Assembly (NCBI GenBank): GCA_951406725.2
Contig: OX597819.1
Location: 22,940,001 to 23,004,000 of the forward strand
DNA length: 64,000 nucleotides
Origin: Octopus vulgaris
Lineage: Eukaryota
Direction of reading: 5' to 3'
The position numbers were made by a program, and so were the translations under genes. This document shows, in pieces, positions 27,202-41,520 of this stretch. Numbering within the stretch: the first letter of the stretch is position 1; the number at the start of each line of letters is the position of its first letter. Under the pieces are notes generated by a model that saw nothing but the letters and a program-made list of their open reading frames with translations, had not been told where the DNA came from and searched no databases.

Positions 27202-27781
27202 GCACATATACATACATATGTATATATATCCACACACACATTACACACGCATATACACATACATATTTGTATGTATATAGTTATGTAACAATGTAAACAA
27301 TTACATTCATATATGTGTATATGTGCGTGTCTTCTTCATAATACATATTTATGTATGTGTGTGTGTATGCGTGTGTGTGTATGTGCGTGCGCGTGTGTGT
27401 GTGTGTGTGTGTGTCTGAATATTCACTGTCTTTTTCTTTCTTTGAAATATTTATCTGATTTTAGTTTTTCTTTTCTTTTTTTGTTTCCTATTCTATCAAT
27501 TTGTATTCGGTCTGTATGAAATAACAGATTACAATAAAACTAATAATAGTTTTAAACTTTCGAATTATGCATAATTTCTTAAATTTCGAATATGTAAAGG
27601 TGAATTTATTGAATTAGATGTTAAAAGATACTCGATACGCAGATTGTTCAAATTATGCAAAATCAATCGGAATACTTCGACACCAATGCATCATTTTCTT
27701 TTTATCTGTATTTGGTTTTCAGTCTTTAATGATGGCAGTAGATTTGCACAATGGTTAGAGCGATATTTGTTGCGAATCAAA

Positions 27782-27985
27782 GGCGGCGAGCTGGCAGAAT
27801 CGTTAGCACGCCGGGCTAAACGTTTTGCGGTATTTCGTCTTGTCTTTACGTTCTTAGTTCAAATTCCACCGAGGTCGACTTTGCCTTTCATCTTTTCGGG
27901 GTTGAGAAATTAAGTACCAGTTGTGTACTGGGGTCGATTTAATCGACTGGCCCTTTGCCCCAAAATTTCTGCCCTTGTGCCTAGA
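27782..27985 (+). mobile_element. tRNA-derived SINE family B
   Basis: ggcggcgagctggcagaatcg..gttcaaattcc..gaggtcgactttgcctttcatc..taagtaccag..ggggtcgat; repeated many times in the window. Confidence 0.85.
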
Positions 27986-28149
27986 TTTGAAAAGGATATT
28001 TGTTGCGGATCTTAATGCTCTGGTTTCAATTCCCGATATTATCAGTTATGCATTTTTTTATTCCAGAATCCTTAAGTACCACTTATATACTGTGGTTGTG
28101 ATGGTTAACTCTTACATTAACCACCAACGTCTGGCCTTGTGTCTATGTT

Positions 28150-28301
28150 ACAAAGGATGCTCAAGAAGCCGCTTTCAGGTCACATTGCCTTGGGTTCAGT
28201 GCCGCTGTGCGGTATATTCAACAAGTGCCATGTACTATTCTACGGGCTGGCCAATGTCTTGTGAGTTAATTTAGTAGACAAAAACTTGTATGGAAGCCTA
28301 A

Positions 28302-28335
<34 letters not shown>

Positions 28336-28530
28336 TTTGTAGCTGTGTGTGTATGCGCACACGTGTGTGTGTTGGTGTGTAGCTCTGTGTCTGTGTTTTT
28401 GCGGGATCGTGCTTTTGCATTTGTCACTCCTTTAAACTTTGACAACCGGTATTGGTTTATTTATGTTCAAGTTACTAAGCGATTTAATAGAAAAGACATC
28501 TATACAATATGTGCCAATCTTTCTTAAAAA
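28150..28530 (+). mobile_element. SINE family A, old diverged copy
   Basis: gggttcagtgccgctg..caagtg..cttgtgagt..gacaaccggtattggtttatttatgt. Confidence 0.6.
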
Positions 28531-29003
28531 ACGGTGGGGTAATGTTAGGTAATGGATAGAACCAACTGCATTCGCAAAGGGAACGCTCATTGTCCAACCC
28601 GAGTGTGAGAAGGAATGGAAGTATAATCAAAAAGTGAGAACAGAAGCAAAATTCGTGTAACTGTTAGAAGTATTTGGTCCTCTCACAGAATACCATCGTC
28701 AGATGTTTCAAGTTTACTTTGATCTGAAAGTATTTTCCATTTTTGAAGTGATTTTGATGAAAACAAGAGATTTTCTTGAAAACATGCTTACCGTATCTCT
28801 ACACCTGAGCTGGCCGGCATCCCCAGTGCAGAGCCACATTGCATGAATGTTGCCCAACGGGACGGGACTTTAGCCAAATATCTCTTCACTATGCTTCTAA
28901 AGTATAGTGGACAGATCTTCCTCAGTTTTTGGCTCTTCAATTAGAACAGATTTGCACCGGCGTCGAAACAGGGCACTAAAAACAACCATAAAGATATGAG
29001 ATA

Positions 29004-29168
29004 GGCGCAGGAGTGGCTGTGTGGTAAGTAGCTTGCTTACCAACCACATGGTACCGGGTTCATTCCAACTGCGTGACACTTTGGGCAAGTGTCTGCTACT
29101 ATAGCCTCGGGCCGACTAAAGCCTTATGAGTGGATTTCGTAGATGGAAACTGAAAGAAGCCCGTCGTA

Positions 29169-29223
<55 letters not shown>

Positions 29224-29440
29224 GTATGTATATGTTTATGTGTCTGTGTTTGTCTCCCCAACATCGCTTGACAACCGATGCAGGTGTGTTTACGTCCACG
29301 TAACTTAGCGGTTCGGCAAAAGGGACCGATAGGATAATTACTAGGCTTGCAAAGAATAAGTCCTGGGGTCGATTTGCTCGACTAAAGGCGGTGCTCCAGC
29401 ATGGCCGCAGTCAAATGACTGAAACAAGTAAAAGAGAGAA
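29004..29440 (+). mobile_element. SINE family A, full length
   Basis: ggcgcaggagtggctgtgtgg to gactgaaacaagtaaaagag. Confidence 0.9.
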
Positions 29441-29639
29441 AAAAACATATAAAAGGCCGAGTACACCGAACATGCAGCCTTTCACTCTAACGTCAATATA
29501 GTTAATAATCTACGTTCAGAAATAATGCGGGAGACATCGTATAACATTCATACATCTAGTTAGTATTTCAAGGTCATTGACCCTAATACATTGCAAGCAT
29601 CTGTGCAACATTTTTATCACGTTTTCATGGGATTTGAGT

Positions 29640-31151
29640 ACAAGATACTGCAGTTTACTTCCTTGATGCTCCTAATGGAGCTGGAAAAACCATTCGTGGT
29701 CTCTATTTTGCTTGCCAAATTTTTATAGTAATAAAACCATAGCTATTGCAGGTGTCTTTTAAGATATTGTTTTCTACTCTAGCACAAGGCCAGAAATTTT
29801 TTGGGGAGGGGGCTAGTCGATTAGATCGACCCCAGTGCGTAGCTGGTACTTAATTTATCGACTCCGAAAGGAGGAAAAGCAATCTCCAAACGTAAAGACA
29901 GATGAAATACCTATTTCTTTACTACTCACAAGGGGCTAAACACAGAGAGGACAAACAAGGACATACAGACGGATTAAGTCGATTATACCGACCCCAGTGC
30001 GTAACTGCTACTTAATTTATCGACCCCGAAAGGATGAAAGGCAAAGACGACCTCGGTGGTATTTGAACTCAGAACGTAGCGGCAGACGAAATACCACTAA
30101 GCATTTCGCTCGGCCTGCTAACGTTTCTGTCAGCTCACCGCCTTTTCAGATATTGTCATCGCATTTCTTCTTGAGGGTTTTATAGCAGATTGTGCTTTGA
30201 AAGTTTCTATTTGGCTTGGAAACAATTTTCTGCAGCATAGCCAAGTAGTAGAGAAAGATACATGTCTCTAAGCGATGCTAAATATTTATCTAGGATTAAT
30301 GGAGGCCCTCACCTGCACATTGCGGAACTTGCGAGACGGTAGATCTTAGATGGGTGGAGTTTCAATGATGTCACATGTTTTCTGTCAGACCATGTTACTG
30401 ATTCCAAAAGAAATATCTTTTGGAAATCCACGCTTGCAATAAATCGTCATCGCTTTGGATAAAATTAAAAACTACAAACTCTCTACGAACATGAAACAAA
30501 CGGTCCGGTCTGAGACGGAGAAGATTTTTCCATCAATATTGGTATCATTACCCCCAGCACCTTTAATATGATTGGTTAAGCCTGTTGATGAATTCTAACG
30601 AAAGTGTTCCTCAAACCAAACCGTCATTACACAACACATAATGGCTATGAAAAAGATCTATAACTGCACCCAAATATGCTGTAGTCACCAAAATAAGTGG
30701 CAACGATTGCATGCGCCGCGTTTGGTTTATTATTGTACAATCTTCACCTAGACAAGGATTCCCAATAACACTTGCATGATTTAAAACACCCGCAAGGTAA
30801 TGCCAGAAAACTAATTGTGAAGAAGCCTACGCCACATGTGATCAAGCCTGCTGTTCTTTGTGGGTGAACAGAGGTAGAAGATGCAATTATATTCAGAATT
30901 TTAATCATACTAAGAGGTGTGCCGTTTCGATTGAGAAGAATCCAATTGTTATTACACCTACGCTATTTCATGCCATTAAATACATCTCAAATACAAACAT
31001 TAACAGTTTCTGGTCTGTATCTTCAGGAATTCTGCTTTGTTTATGGCCAATTTATGTAGCATCATTAAGCGCTGGAAAACCCCATAAGCGTTATATATAT
31101 GTTCCTGCTCACAAATACAAAAATGTTGTATATCCTAAAATCGTGCTATGA
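29640..31151 (+). mobile_element. Helitron Pif1-like helicase relic, interrupted by a SINE pair
   Basis: YFLDAPNGAGKT (Walker A), RKLIVKK..PHVIK, VPFRLRRIQ..MPLNTSQIQTL, YGQ.YVA, KYKNVVYPKIVL*. The element may extend from about 28560 to a decayed hairpin near 31700. Confidence 0.8.
29780..30143 (-). mobile_element. SINE family B dimer inserted into the Helitron relic
   Basis: Duplicated tcgaccccagtgcgta.ctg.tacttaatttatcgac blocks; splits the helicase reading frame. Confidence 0.85.
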
Positions 31152-31738
31152 ATATTCAAAACTGAGATGCCAACATGAAATTTTAAAAGTATCAATTTAT
31201 AATGTTTTCATATCTAATATATAGCAATATAACCTGAGGCTCATCGCAATTATTAATTACTTTATCAGTGCGTCTATTGTATTTCTAATATGTGGATGTA
31301 TTGGTTCCTCTAGGCACTCCGGTTGCCACACGTTATAACAATTGTATTATTTCCATGACTGATTCATCCCCCCAAAACCAACTTTCGATTCATTTCTCGA
31401 ATTATTTTAAGAAATAGAATTTTAAGAATAAAAGATATATATGTCCAATAATAATTTCCAATAGAATAAAGCAATTTTCGCTTTCATTTAATCCTTTGTT
31501 AATAATTAATATATTGAATTAGCTGTATCTCAAATTACCTAATCAAATTACTAAATATGCAATTAGTATTAAAAGCGAATTTCTAGCACAGTGCATTGGA
31601 TACGAAGCTGGAAAAAACACAGAGAAAAACGATTCCATTCCATACATGGACGGTAACTTTTCAGAAAAAAACCCATACTCTTACAGCTATTTTACAGCCT
31701 GGGTAATGCCGTTTTTGTTTTGTTTACAACTGCAATCG

Positions 31739-31772
<34 letters not shown>

Positions 31773-31809
31773 TACAAACACATAAATGAACATGTATGTG
31801 TGTGTGTTC

Positions 31810-31945
31810 TTAATTTCTCGATCCCAAAAGGATGAAAGATAAAGTCCTCGGACTCGGCAGCATTCGGATTAAGGATGCAAATTTCGGAGAAATGCCGCTA
31901 AAAAAATGAGTCCGATGCGGAAATAATTCTGCCAGCTTGCTACGT
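31810..31945 (-). mobile_element. SINE family B fragment
   Basis: aaaggatgaaagataaagtc..aattctgccagcttgc. Confidence 0.6.
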
Positions 31946-31950
31946 CTTTT

Positions 31951-32255
<305 letters not shown>

Positions 32256-33590
32256 TGTGTTTCCAGAAGAGAAATATGGTAGGATAGAAAACTGAACTGA
32301 CATCTTACGGAGAAAGCTTGCGCACCCTGGGTATCAGAAGAGTGATTTTCAAGGATGACAACTTATCTCCGCTGCTTTTTGCCCTCTGCATGACACCCCT
32401 GACCTTGATACTTAGGAAAATGAACCTGGGGTGCCAACTAAAGGGACAATCCTAAACAATCGACCACCTCCTCTTCATGGATGATTTGAAACTGTTTGGC
32501 AAGAATGAGACACAAATGAGTTCCTTGGTGAACACAGTCCACTGTTTTAGTGCTATTATTAGAAGGTAATAAGTGCAGAATAATCTACCTAAAAAGAGGC
32601 AAGGTACAGTCCATAGCAGGGATGGAATTACCGAAAAGAAACTTGATTAAACAAATTGAAATGGAAGGCTACGAATACCTTGGTGTATTACAGTTCAACG
32701 ACTTAATGGAGAAGGAAATGAAACAGCAGCTGAGGACGGAATATTTCCGAAGACTAAGGTTGGTGTTGCGCTTAAAATTGACCGGGTGGAAGAAAACCCA
32801 AGCCGTTAAAACGTTGGCGATAGCATCACTTCGGTATGGAGCGGGAATTATCAAATGGCAAAAGAGAGAAGTGATGAAATGCATAGCCATACCAGAAAAA
32901 TGTTGATAGTTCACGTAGCCTGCCACACCAAGAGTGACACCGATGGTCTGTACTTGTCCAGAAGAAATGGTGACAGGGGTTAGATCAGTTGCCATGACTG
33001 TATCAAAGCGGAGGAAAATAGCTTGCGGTAGTATCTAAAAATGCCGTTGAGCCATTGTTAAAACATACGAAGGCCGGTGTCATCGAAACTGAATATTGTG
33101 TAATGAAAGAAAAATTTAAAGAAAAAAGTGAACGCAAAAAAAGAAAAAGCACGGAAGAAAAATTGCATGGTCAGTTTGCAAGAGATATGAACGCCAAGAC
33201 AGATACAGAGGACGGGTGTCTATGGTTGAGGAGAATTGAACTGAAAATAGAGACAGAAGTACTAATATGCGCAGCTGAAGAACAAGCGTAAGGAACAATT
33301 ATATGAAGTGCAGAATTGACAACACTACCGAGAGCGACAAATGCAGAATGTGTGTGGTAACAGGGGTGAAATAGCGAATGCCCGAAATTGGCACAACGCG
33401 AATACAAAAGTGCCCATGGCAATGTGGCAAGGATTATCCACTTGGAGCTCTGTGGAAATTACGGCCTACAAAGAGCAAAGACGTGGTATGAACAAACCCT
33501 ACGAGACACCGAGAATGAGAATTGCAAAAGAGTAGGCGTGATACCAATAGCAATTGGTGTACTTGGAAGTATCAGTACTCAACTACCAAC
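32256..33590 (+). mobile_element. R4/Dong-type non-LTR retrotransposon fragment (RT, zinc knuckle, part of RLE)
   Basis: IFKDDNLSPLLF, HLLFMDDLKLF, YEYLGV, HPKSD, LHGQF, CRMC..CPKLAQREY..HGNVARIIH, VIPIAIGVLG; frameshifts and stops; begins directly after a long (AAT)n tract. Confidence 0.9.
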
Positions 33591-34330
33591 ATGACCCTAA
33601 TGTCATTGCAATTACCATCATTCTTCTGCAATGAGCAAGGGTGCCATAGTTTGCCCTCATTTCTCACATCAACTCTAGTTTCAAAGTGTAACTATACTAT
33701 TTTATACGAGCTACTCCTATTAATAAATATATATCCTGCCATACACCGTCATGAACTTCCTTTAAGCATTTATTTGAGGGCATATAAAGTCACCTTCCAG
33801 CCTTCACGAAGAAATTTATACCATTTCCTCCTTCGTTGAGCAATTTCCTCTGGTAAATATATTTTTTGACATACGATTGTCACGATTTTTTCTTGACTTC
33901 TTTTGAGCTACACCTAAAATTGTTCCTTTGGCTTATATTAGCAAAGAAGCTGCTGTTACGAATTATTGTTAATATATTACAATCTTATATTGTTCTTTCC
34001 ATCTAATGCCATAAATTCGTGCTTTGGGGAATTTAAACGTGACGAGCTGTCGTTATAAAGTATATTTATTTAATTATAATTCTTCCGTTTAACCATTTTC
34101 CTTCCAGTTTATACGTTTGATTCGTTTCTAATTACTGCTGCTGAACAAATCAAATGATACAGAATTTTTTCAAATATTCTCATTGACAAACCAATGAAAG
34201 AGCCATATTGAAAATATGAAAGCACAAGGAAAATTTAACAAAACATTAAATTTCTGTAACTTAAACCGTTCGTCTACACCAGTGGGTGCCCCAACCTGTT
34301 GACACTAGTTCCCAGTACTGTTTATAATGT

Positions 34331-34425
34331 TTGCGGCTGAAGAGAGCTTTAAACCATCTTTTATATCAATAATACACTGATGTAGTAACAGATTGTTGAT
34401 AAAGCTTGAAACACGTGTACCGCGA
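34331..34425 (+). ncRNA. Type I hammerhead ribozyme, complete core
   Basis: Stem I ttgcgg/ccgcga; CTGAAGA; stem II GAGCTTT/AAAGCTT plus atcaataat/attgttgat; GAAA; palindrome ACACGTGT; GUA site, predicted cut after 34419. Confidence 0.85.
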
Positions 34426-34749
34426 TATCCTTTGTGTTCTGTTTTTAATTTATATTTGATATATATACTCTCTCACTTCTGCCACTATCTGGCATTTACA
34501 GGTGCTTACAATTATCAAGTATTCACTCTAAATTTACAGTACCTACTATATATAATGTTTAATTCGTATATATAGAAGTAATTTTTAGTGACAGAACCAC
34601 CTTCAACACAATCAACACTGAAAGGTCTTATACCCAACCAGTCCATCTGGAGTGATTTTCATTGAGAGATGTTCATTTTAGTACATCTAATTTGAATGTC
34701 TTTTTCCTGTGTACTCGGAAGTAATATTCCCTAATAATTATAATATATA

Positions 34750-35131
34750 TCTCTCTCTATATAAACGGCAGTTTGTCTGTGCGTGTTTCTGTGTGTCTGT
34801 TTGCTTGTACCCTCACCCTGACCACGGCTTTCAACCGATTCTGATGAAACTTGACACACACATAGCCCAATGTCATAATTCAAAACTAACGCAGCGAAAA
34901 TTTTGAAAAGTTCCCCCAGTTCTGAAAAAAATCGATAAATTCGACATGGGGTCGAGAATCAGAAACACAAACCGCAAACTGTCTAGGGGACGCAACTCCA
35001 CCTTTTTTAACTAAAAAAAAATTTACCATCATTTTTTTCCATCTTTTTGCTATTTTTTGGCTATAACTCTCTAAAAATGCTTTATAGTTATTTCCCTTAC
35101 AAACCTGAGCAACGCCGGGCGATACTGCTAG
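34750..35131 (+). mobile_element. Non-autonomous Helitron
   Basis: A|TC start, subterminal GC hairpin cctgagcaacgccggg, CTAG|T end. Confidence 0.8.
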
Positions 35132-35180
35132 TATATATATATACACACACCCAAACACACACATACAAACACACACACAC

Positions 35181-35300
<120 letters not shown>

Positions 35301-35476
35301 ATCTACATATGAAATTGTGAATTTAGTTCATGGACCCCAATACTACTTTTGCAGACTACCAGGGGTCCGCGGAACCTAGGTTGGGAACCACTGATCTACA
35401 CCATGCATTGGGATACAGTTACCAATGTTGCAAAGCAGGAATCATTAGAAGGCGGCCTTCTAATAATAATAATAAC

Positions 35477-35535
<59 letters not shown>

Positions 35536-35537
<2 letters not shown>

Positions 35538-35760
35538 CCCTGGCGCAGTACCAGGAAGCACCTCTCATGGCTCCTGATCCTAATTGATTGGAAGTGTTAT
35601 CATGTACATGTCTTGGTATAAAAGATGGGCCACAGCAAAATATTCTGCTCAATACCACAGATTTGCTTGTCGATTGCTGGACCATAACCAGTTGAGCTTG
35701 TCGGTTGGTAGGCACGCCGGGTGGGATGCTTAATGGCATTTCGTCCGTCTTTACGTTCTT
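35536..35760. mobile_element. SINE-like fragments between (AAT)n and (TTC)(TTA)n tracts
   Basis: Non-coding block bounded by triplet repeats; 35712-35758 resembles the family B head. Confidence 0.4.
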
Positions 35761-35776
35761 CTTCTTCTTCTTCTTC

Positions 35777-35819
<43 letters not shown>

Positions 35820-35842
35820 TATTATTGTTGTTGTTGTTGTTG

Positions 35843-36020
35843 TAAAAGACTCTCGGATATAGCAGGCAATAACCAATCACCAAAGGTTCCAAGTAGTACC
35901 CTCTCCGCTGACTCAAAGTGACAATACTCTCCTTAAATTGCGGGTTGTACCCAACAATGCTGTCTGCTGTATCACCTCGAGCCTGACAGCAGCTCCTATA
36001 TTCTTAATATGCTTTTCAAA
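35843..36020 (-). mobile_element. 3' end of another R4/Dong-type LINE with (CAA)n(TAA)n tail
   Basis: Minus strand FEKHIKNIGAAVRLEVIQQTALLGTTRNLRRVLSL*, short UTR, then triplet repeat. Confidence 0.75.
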
Positions 36021-36568
36021 GCAAAGAAACACGTCCCTACCGAAGAAATATCGAACAGAACTACATAGATAAGAATGAGAAATTCAAGCAATAAATAATT
36101 TCACAAGAGGCACATAAAAAGAATGACCATATTTCATGTAAACTTTGCCAATTTGTGTGATAATGCTATCAACAAGAGAATATATGTAGCAAGCGAACAA
36201 ATTAGCGTTATTTTTTACGACTGTAAATGTTGTTTGTTTGTATAACACAAAATATTGACATATATATTTAAGAGCATTGTTATAAAGAAGAGATGATTAT
36301 GACTGAAATAATAGATTATTTAAGTCTATGTGGCAGAGATATATAACCAAGGGAAAAACATCTTTCCCCGACGTGATTATTCGCGTGTGAACCAAGAGAG
36401 AGATATGTGTCTCTGGAAATACATAAGAAAATTTATTATGCACTCAAAGAAAAAAGAATGAAAGTACCCTGAACTGATACGTGGAGCTATACTTTCATAA
36501 TGAATAGGAACATATCTATAAAACAATTCCGAATTTAACACATTGCGAACTGAAAATATAGCTAAACA

Positions 36569-36735
36569 GACGCAGATATGGTTGTATGCTGAAGAAGGTC
36601 GCTTTGCAACCGTGTGGCTCCATCTTCAGTCTCACTGTGCGACACCTTGAGTGAATGTCTTCTGCTACAGCTTCAAACCGATCAGTACCTTGTGAGTGTA
36701 TTTGGTAGACGGAAACTATGTAGAAGCCCGTCCTG
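36569..36735 (+). mobile_element. SINE family A, diverged 5' half
   Basis: ccttgtgagtgtatttggtagacggaaact..gaagcccgtc. Confidence 0.7.
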
Positions 36736-37360
36736 TATACATGTATGTTTATAGAGTATAAAGTAAACGAAAACACAACGAGAGTTGCGAAAGAAGAAAC
36801 ATTTCTTCCCTCTCATTATATAGTTATACATGTATATGCGGAGGCATACACACACACATACACACACATATTCTTATATGCGTATATATGTACTTATACG
36901 CGTATGTACACAGGTATAGATACATGTGTACGTGGACACAGATTGCCTATAATAATTGAACTTCAATTAATGCTTCAAATTATTTTTCGAAAATAAAAAT
37001 AACGAGACATTATCACATACATCCATGCATGATGAAAATTATTTGGTATCATTCGATATGTCCCATTCATCCTTTGAACTGTGGTAATGGTGTTTATTAC
37101 AAGAACTTACTTAGCAATTTTATGGTTACTTATATTGTGGTTTATGTAATTCATTCCGATATCTTTGTAAATGAACGTGCGTTTGTGCCTACATACGTCT
37201 GTGTGTACGAGTGTTTGTTTGTATATGTGCGCCACATGCATTTCTGTAAATATGTAGATATGTGTATATATTTGTTTCTGCGTGTGTGTGTGTGTGTATG
37301 TTTACGAATACATAAATATATACATGTGTATGTGTGTAGATACATATATGTAAATGTATG

Positions 37361-37424
<64 letters not shown>

Positions 37425-37434
37425 TATATACACA

Positions 37435-37504
<70 letters not shown>

Positions 37505-37872
37505 GTTAAATATATGTAAGTCTATTTATACATATATACAGATATACGTATATATGTATGTACATATTATTCATGTTTTTTTCTAATGGCTATTGTCAGT
37601 TTATAGTCTAACCACTTTCCTCATATTTAAATGATGATTCTGAAAATTATTATCAACAACTTTGAATGCCATGCCAAGTAATTCTTTCATATACATTATA
37701 TTTTTTCAATTTATTTCATTTATTTGAATTTAATTTATATCATTATATCTATAATATTGATAGACGTTTGTATTAGGTTCCAATTTCCTCTCTATTCCCC
37801 AATATATATATATATATACAGAGAAAGAGAGAGGGAGAAAGAGACAGACAGACAGACAGACAGACAAACAGT

Positions 37873-37941
<69 letters not shown>

Positions 37942-38827
37942 GGGTATGCATGTGTGTAAATATTTTTCTATGTATACATATGTATTTATATATTAAAAAT
38001 GGCGTATTTTGGTCTCCTCTTCTGATATTCTTTACCAACATTTGACATTCCCATTGCTATGATTAGTGATAGCCCAACCAATTTCAATCTGTTGTCTGTT
38101 TCTTTTCATTTTTATTTTTTGTCTCGTTCTAAATGTCATCTATTTTAGCACCATTCCGTTTCTTTTCCCACCCCAATTCCCTTCACACACAAAAATTCAA
38201 AAGTATATTAAACAGTATTGGATAATCATATTTTATTCACCACTCAATCCACATCATCACTCCCACATATAAACCCTGAATTTAATCATTCCGTCTGGAT
38301 TCTAATGATTTTCCAAATTCGAAAGAAACATGACTGGTCTTTGGAGTATTATAAAATTTTTGCAATATCAATTTGAATAACTTTACTTCTATATATGGTA
38401 GATATAATCTGTGAAAGGATTAAGGAAACAGTTTTCTTACCTTTAATGGCGATATTCATTGGAACACTAATTTTCAGCACAGTTACTATCGTTATCTATA
38501 TTAATAGTAATGCGATTGTGAATATCTCGAAATAAGCTTTGTACTAATTTCCCGTTATATCTTGAATCCCATTAGATATCCTCAATTGAATTTATTTGAA
38601 TAAAATTTGTTTTTACTATGGCCATAAAATAAATTAACAGTAACAATTAATATAGTTTTAATTAATAGCTATTTTATAATCAATATCTTCATGACGACGC
38701 TAATATTCAGCATCAAGCTTAGCAAGTTCCTTTACAGATTAATTCTACCATATATAGAGCTAAAAGTTTTGCAAGTACAAATTTAAATGACAAGAAGGAT
38801 TTTAAAAATGCGCATGTACTATATATA

Positions 38828-38874
<47 letters not shown>

Positions 38875-38980
38875 GTATTTATATATATACGATATGGCTA
38901 TGTGCTTACGGCCATTTGCTAAGCGCTTTAGTGGTGCGAAACCAAAGGTCACTCTTTGACCGGCCATAACAATCATCTTC

Positions 38981-39033
<53 letters not shown>

Positions 39034-39107
39034 ATGTATATATATGTATACATATATACATATATATACATGCATATATATATATAATATATACATACAT
39101 GCATATA

Positions 39108-39138
<31 letters not shown>

Positions 39139-39214
39139 GCATATATATACATTTATATATATATATATATTTACATATATTTATTTATATATATATATAT
39201 ATACTTATATATGC

Positions 39215-39251
<37 letters not shown>

Positions 39252-39312
39252 CTTATATATGCATATATATACATATATATATATATATTTATATATATAT
39301 ACTTATATATGC

Positions 39313-39355
<43 letters not shown>

Positions 39356-40376
39356 TACATGTGTGTTTGCGTGTATGTATAAAGAGAAAGGAACAAAGAC
39401 AGGCAGAAAATGTAAAAGTCATAGAATGAGGTTACGTTAAATATGCATTGCTCCAATATTATATTCATTACTAAAGTGATTCATAAAGCAGCGAGAATGT
39501 AACAAATATAACTGTATAAATATCCCTGATATGTAAACAACTAAACAGTTGCTACATGTTCAAATCTGCTGTTGAACAATAAACCGATCAGTATGCAGAA
39601 TATTTTAGTGCAGTCTCACTGTCATGGAGGAGTCGCCGTCTAGTTAACATGATAAGGAGTTTCCAACTAGACACAGGTAATATGATATTATACGCAAATA
39701 TAACCGATGTGTATTGTTTATCTTTGTTAGTATCTAAATTCTGTTTGTTTGTTTTTTTTTCTTCCAAGTTTTATTCTGATCAATTTTGGCTCTCGAACAT
39801 TCTCGAAGAATATTGTTTATACAAAATGAATCATATTATATTATCTTCTCAAACCTCAATTATATACATAATTTTAGATTTTGAATTCCATGTTAATATT
39901 TCACACAAGGATACTTTTTTTTTTTTTTGGAATATTAACTGTTTATTTGGTAGCCCATATTTATATAAATTTTAAAATGAAAGTGAAAATGTATAAAATA
40001 TTCATTAGACGAAATATATGTAATGTTCAAAGAGCGTATTTTCGAGTTTTGTACCCAAAATTTACTGTGGAGACTCGAAATTAGAACCATTTCTGTTGAT
40101 AAAAGAGGCAAAAATCTGTGATGTGAAAAGATTGGGTTTATAGAAAAAAGTGTCCCGAAATATTTTGTAGATAGAAAATAGCACGTTAACATGTGTGTAG
40201 ACAATAACATTTACAATAACATCTATTGTAACAGCTGAAACTAATATAACATCATCTCGTTTGTAAAGTTGAACTTAAAAGTTTACAAAAGTGCAAGAAC
40301 CAGAGTAAAAGTGGTTGAGGCTTTACTGATCCAATCTCAAAAGAAGGCGGAAATAACTTGCAATGATGAGAGTAGT

Positions 40377-41084
40377 TCAAGATATACCACAATCATTTTT
40401 ACCGGGGCGTCCAGATCTTTTGATCTTCGGTTTACTACCCCTTCTAATTAAGCTTCGACTTCTAAGAAATTTTTTTTTCTCCTCATCTGTGTCGCCTTGT
40501 TCTTCTGCAGTGTGATCCAATGACAAACGGCGTTTCAGGAACGGTTCCAACTGCCTAACAGAAGGAATATTTGCTTGAATTAAAAGGATACGGAATATAT
40601 CATTTATACATTCGCCAGTCTTAGCAGAAACTTCAACAAATTTTCCTTTGAGCCCATCATTATTGACCCAGTCCAATGCGTCAAATTTTTCGATAATACG
40701 GTCATTTTCTAAATCAACTTTATTGCCAACAATGACCACAGGGATCTTTTCATAATCTCGCCTCTCCTCCTTAATTTGATCCCAAAGTTGTTTGACTTCT
40801 TTATATGAGGCTTCGTTAGTTATCGTATATACCAAAGTAAAAGCATGTGCCGTAGAAATGGATAAACGCCGCATAGCAGGAAATGGAATGTTTCCAGCCG
40901 TGTCTAAAATATCAACTTTAATAAGGCTACCACTGATATCGTACTGTCGGCAGAACAAATCTTCAACAGTTTCGTGGTATTCGGATGTAAAGGCCCCGAA
41001 CAGAAATCGTTTAATGATGCTACTTTTACCCACCCCACCGGCTCCTAGAACCACAACACGGTGCCGTTGGTCAGTGTCATTCAT
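40377..41084 (-). CDS. Ras-family small GTPase, RASD/Rhes/DIRAS-like, 235 aa, single coding exon
   Basis: Intact ORF with G1 GAGGVGKS, G2 ETVED, G3 DTAGN followed by FPAMRRLSI (RASD/DIRAS-type), G4 NKVD, G5 SAK, polybasic tail and CaaX (CGIS). Confidence 0.96.
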   Translation of the reverse strand: MNDTDQRHRVVVLGAGGVGKSSIIKRFLFGAFTSEYHETVEDLFCRQYDISGSLIKVDILDTAGNIPFPAMRRLSISTAHAFTLVYTITNEASYKEVKQLWDQIKEERRDYEKIPVVIVGNKVDLENDRIIEKFDALDWVNNDGLKGKFVEVSAKTGECINDIFRILLIQANIPSVRQLEPFLKRRLSLDHTAEEQGDTDEEKKKFLRSRSLIRRGSKPKIKRSGRPGKNDCGIS

Positions 41085-41258
41085 ATTGTAAATAAATGTT
41101 TGTTTAATTCAAAACATGAAACCATCAAGCATTGGTCGACACACTTATCCTTCAGTTGGTAGATAATTAAATCTTGTTCCTCATAAAACAATTAATACTG
41201 CAGATGCAACTCTGAATTTTCTTTTCTGTTTTCCTTTATGATATTCCAAACGCACAAA

Positions 41259-41282
41259 TCTGTTAAAAAATAAAATAAAATA
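41259..41282 (-). promoter_or_regulatory. Probable splice acceptor of a 5'UTR intron of the Ras-like gene
   Basis: Minus strand reads ttttattttattttttaacAG|atttgtgcg, about 175 nt upstream of the ATG; the upstream exon was not identified. Confidence 0.6.
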
Positions 41283-41454
41283 TCATTACTTTAAACATTA
41301 ACAAATATAGATAAAATATACAAACTTATTACATCAATATCACAGAATTGGCAGAATAGTATTAAAGGTACTTTAATGGTAGTAGAATATAAAAGGTAAC
41401 TTTCAAATTATTCTTGGCTGATATAGATTTGTGTTTCCATACATCATTTTATAA

Positions 41455-41520
<66 letters not shown>

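Noticed and set aside
40792-41091. 99-aa ORF antisense to the Ras-like CDS
   Set aside because: Shadow ORF with a non-ATG start and no recognisable motifs.
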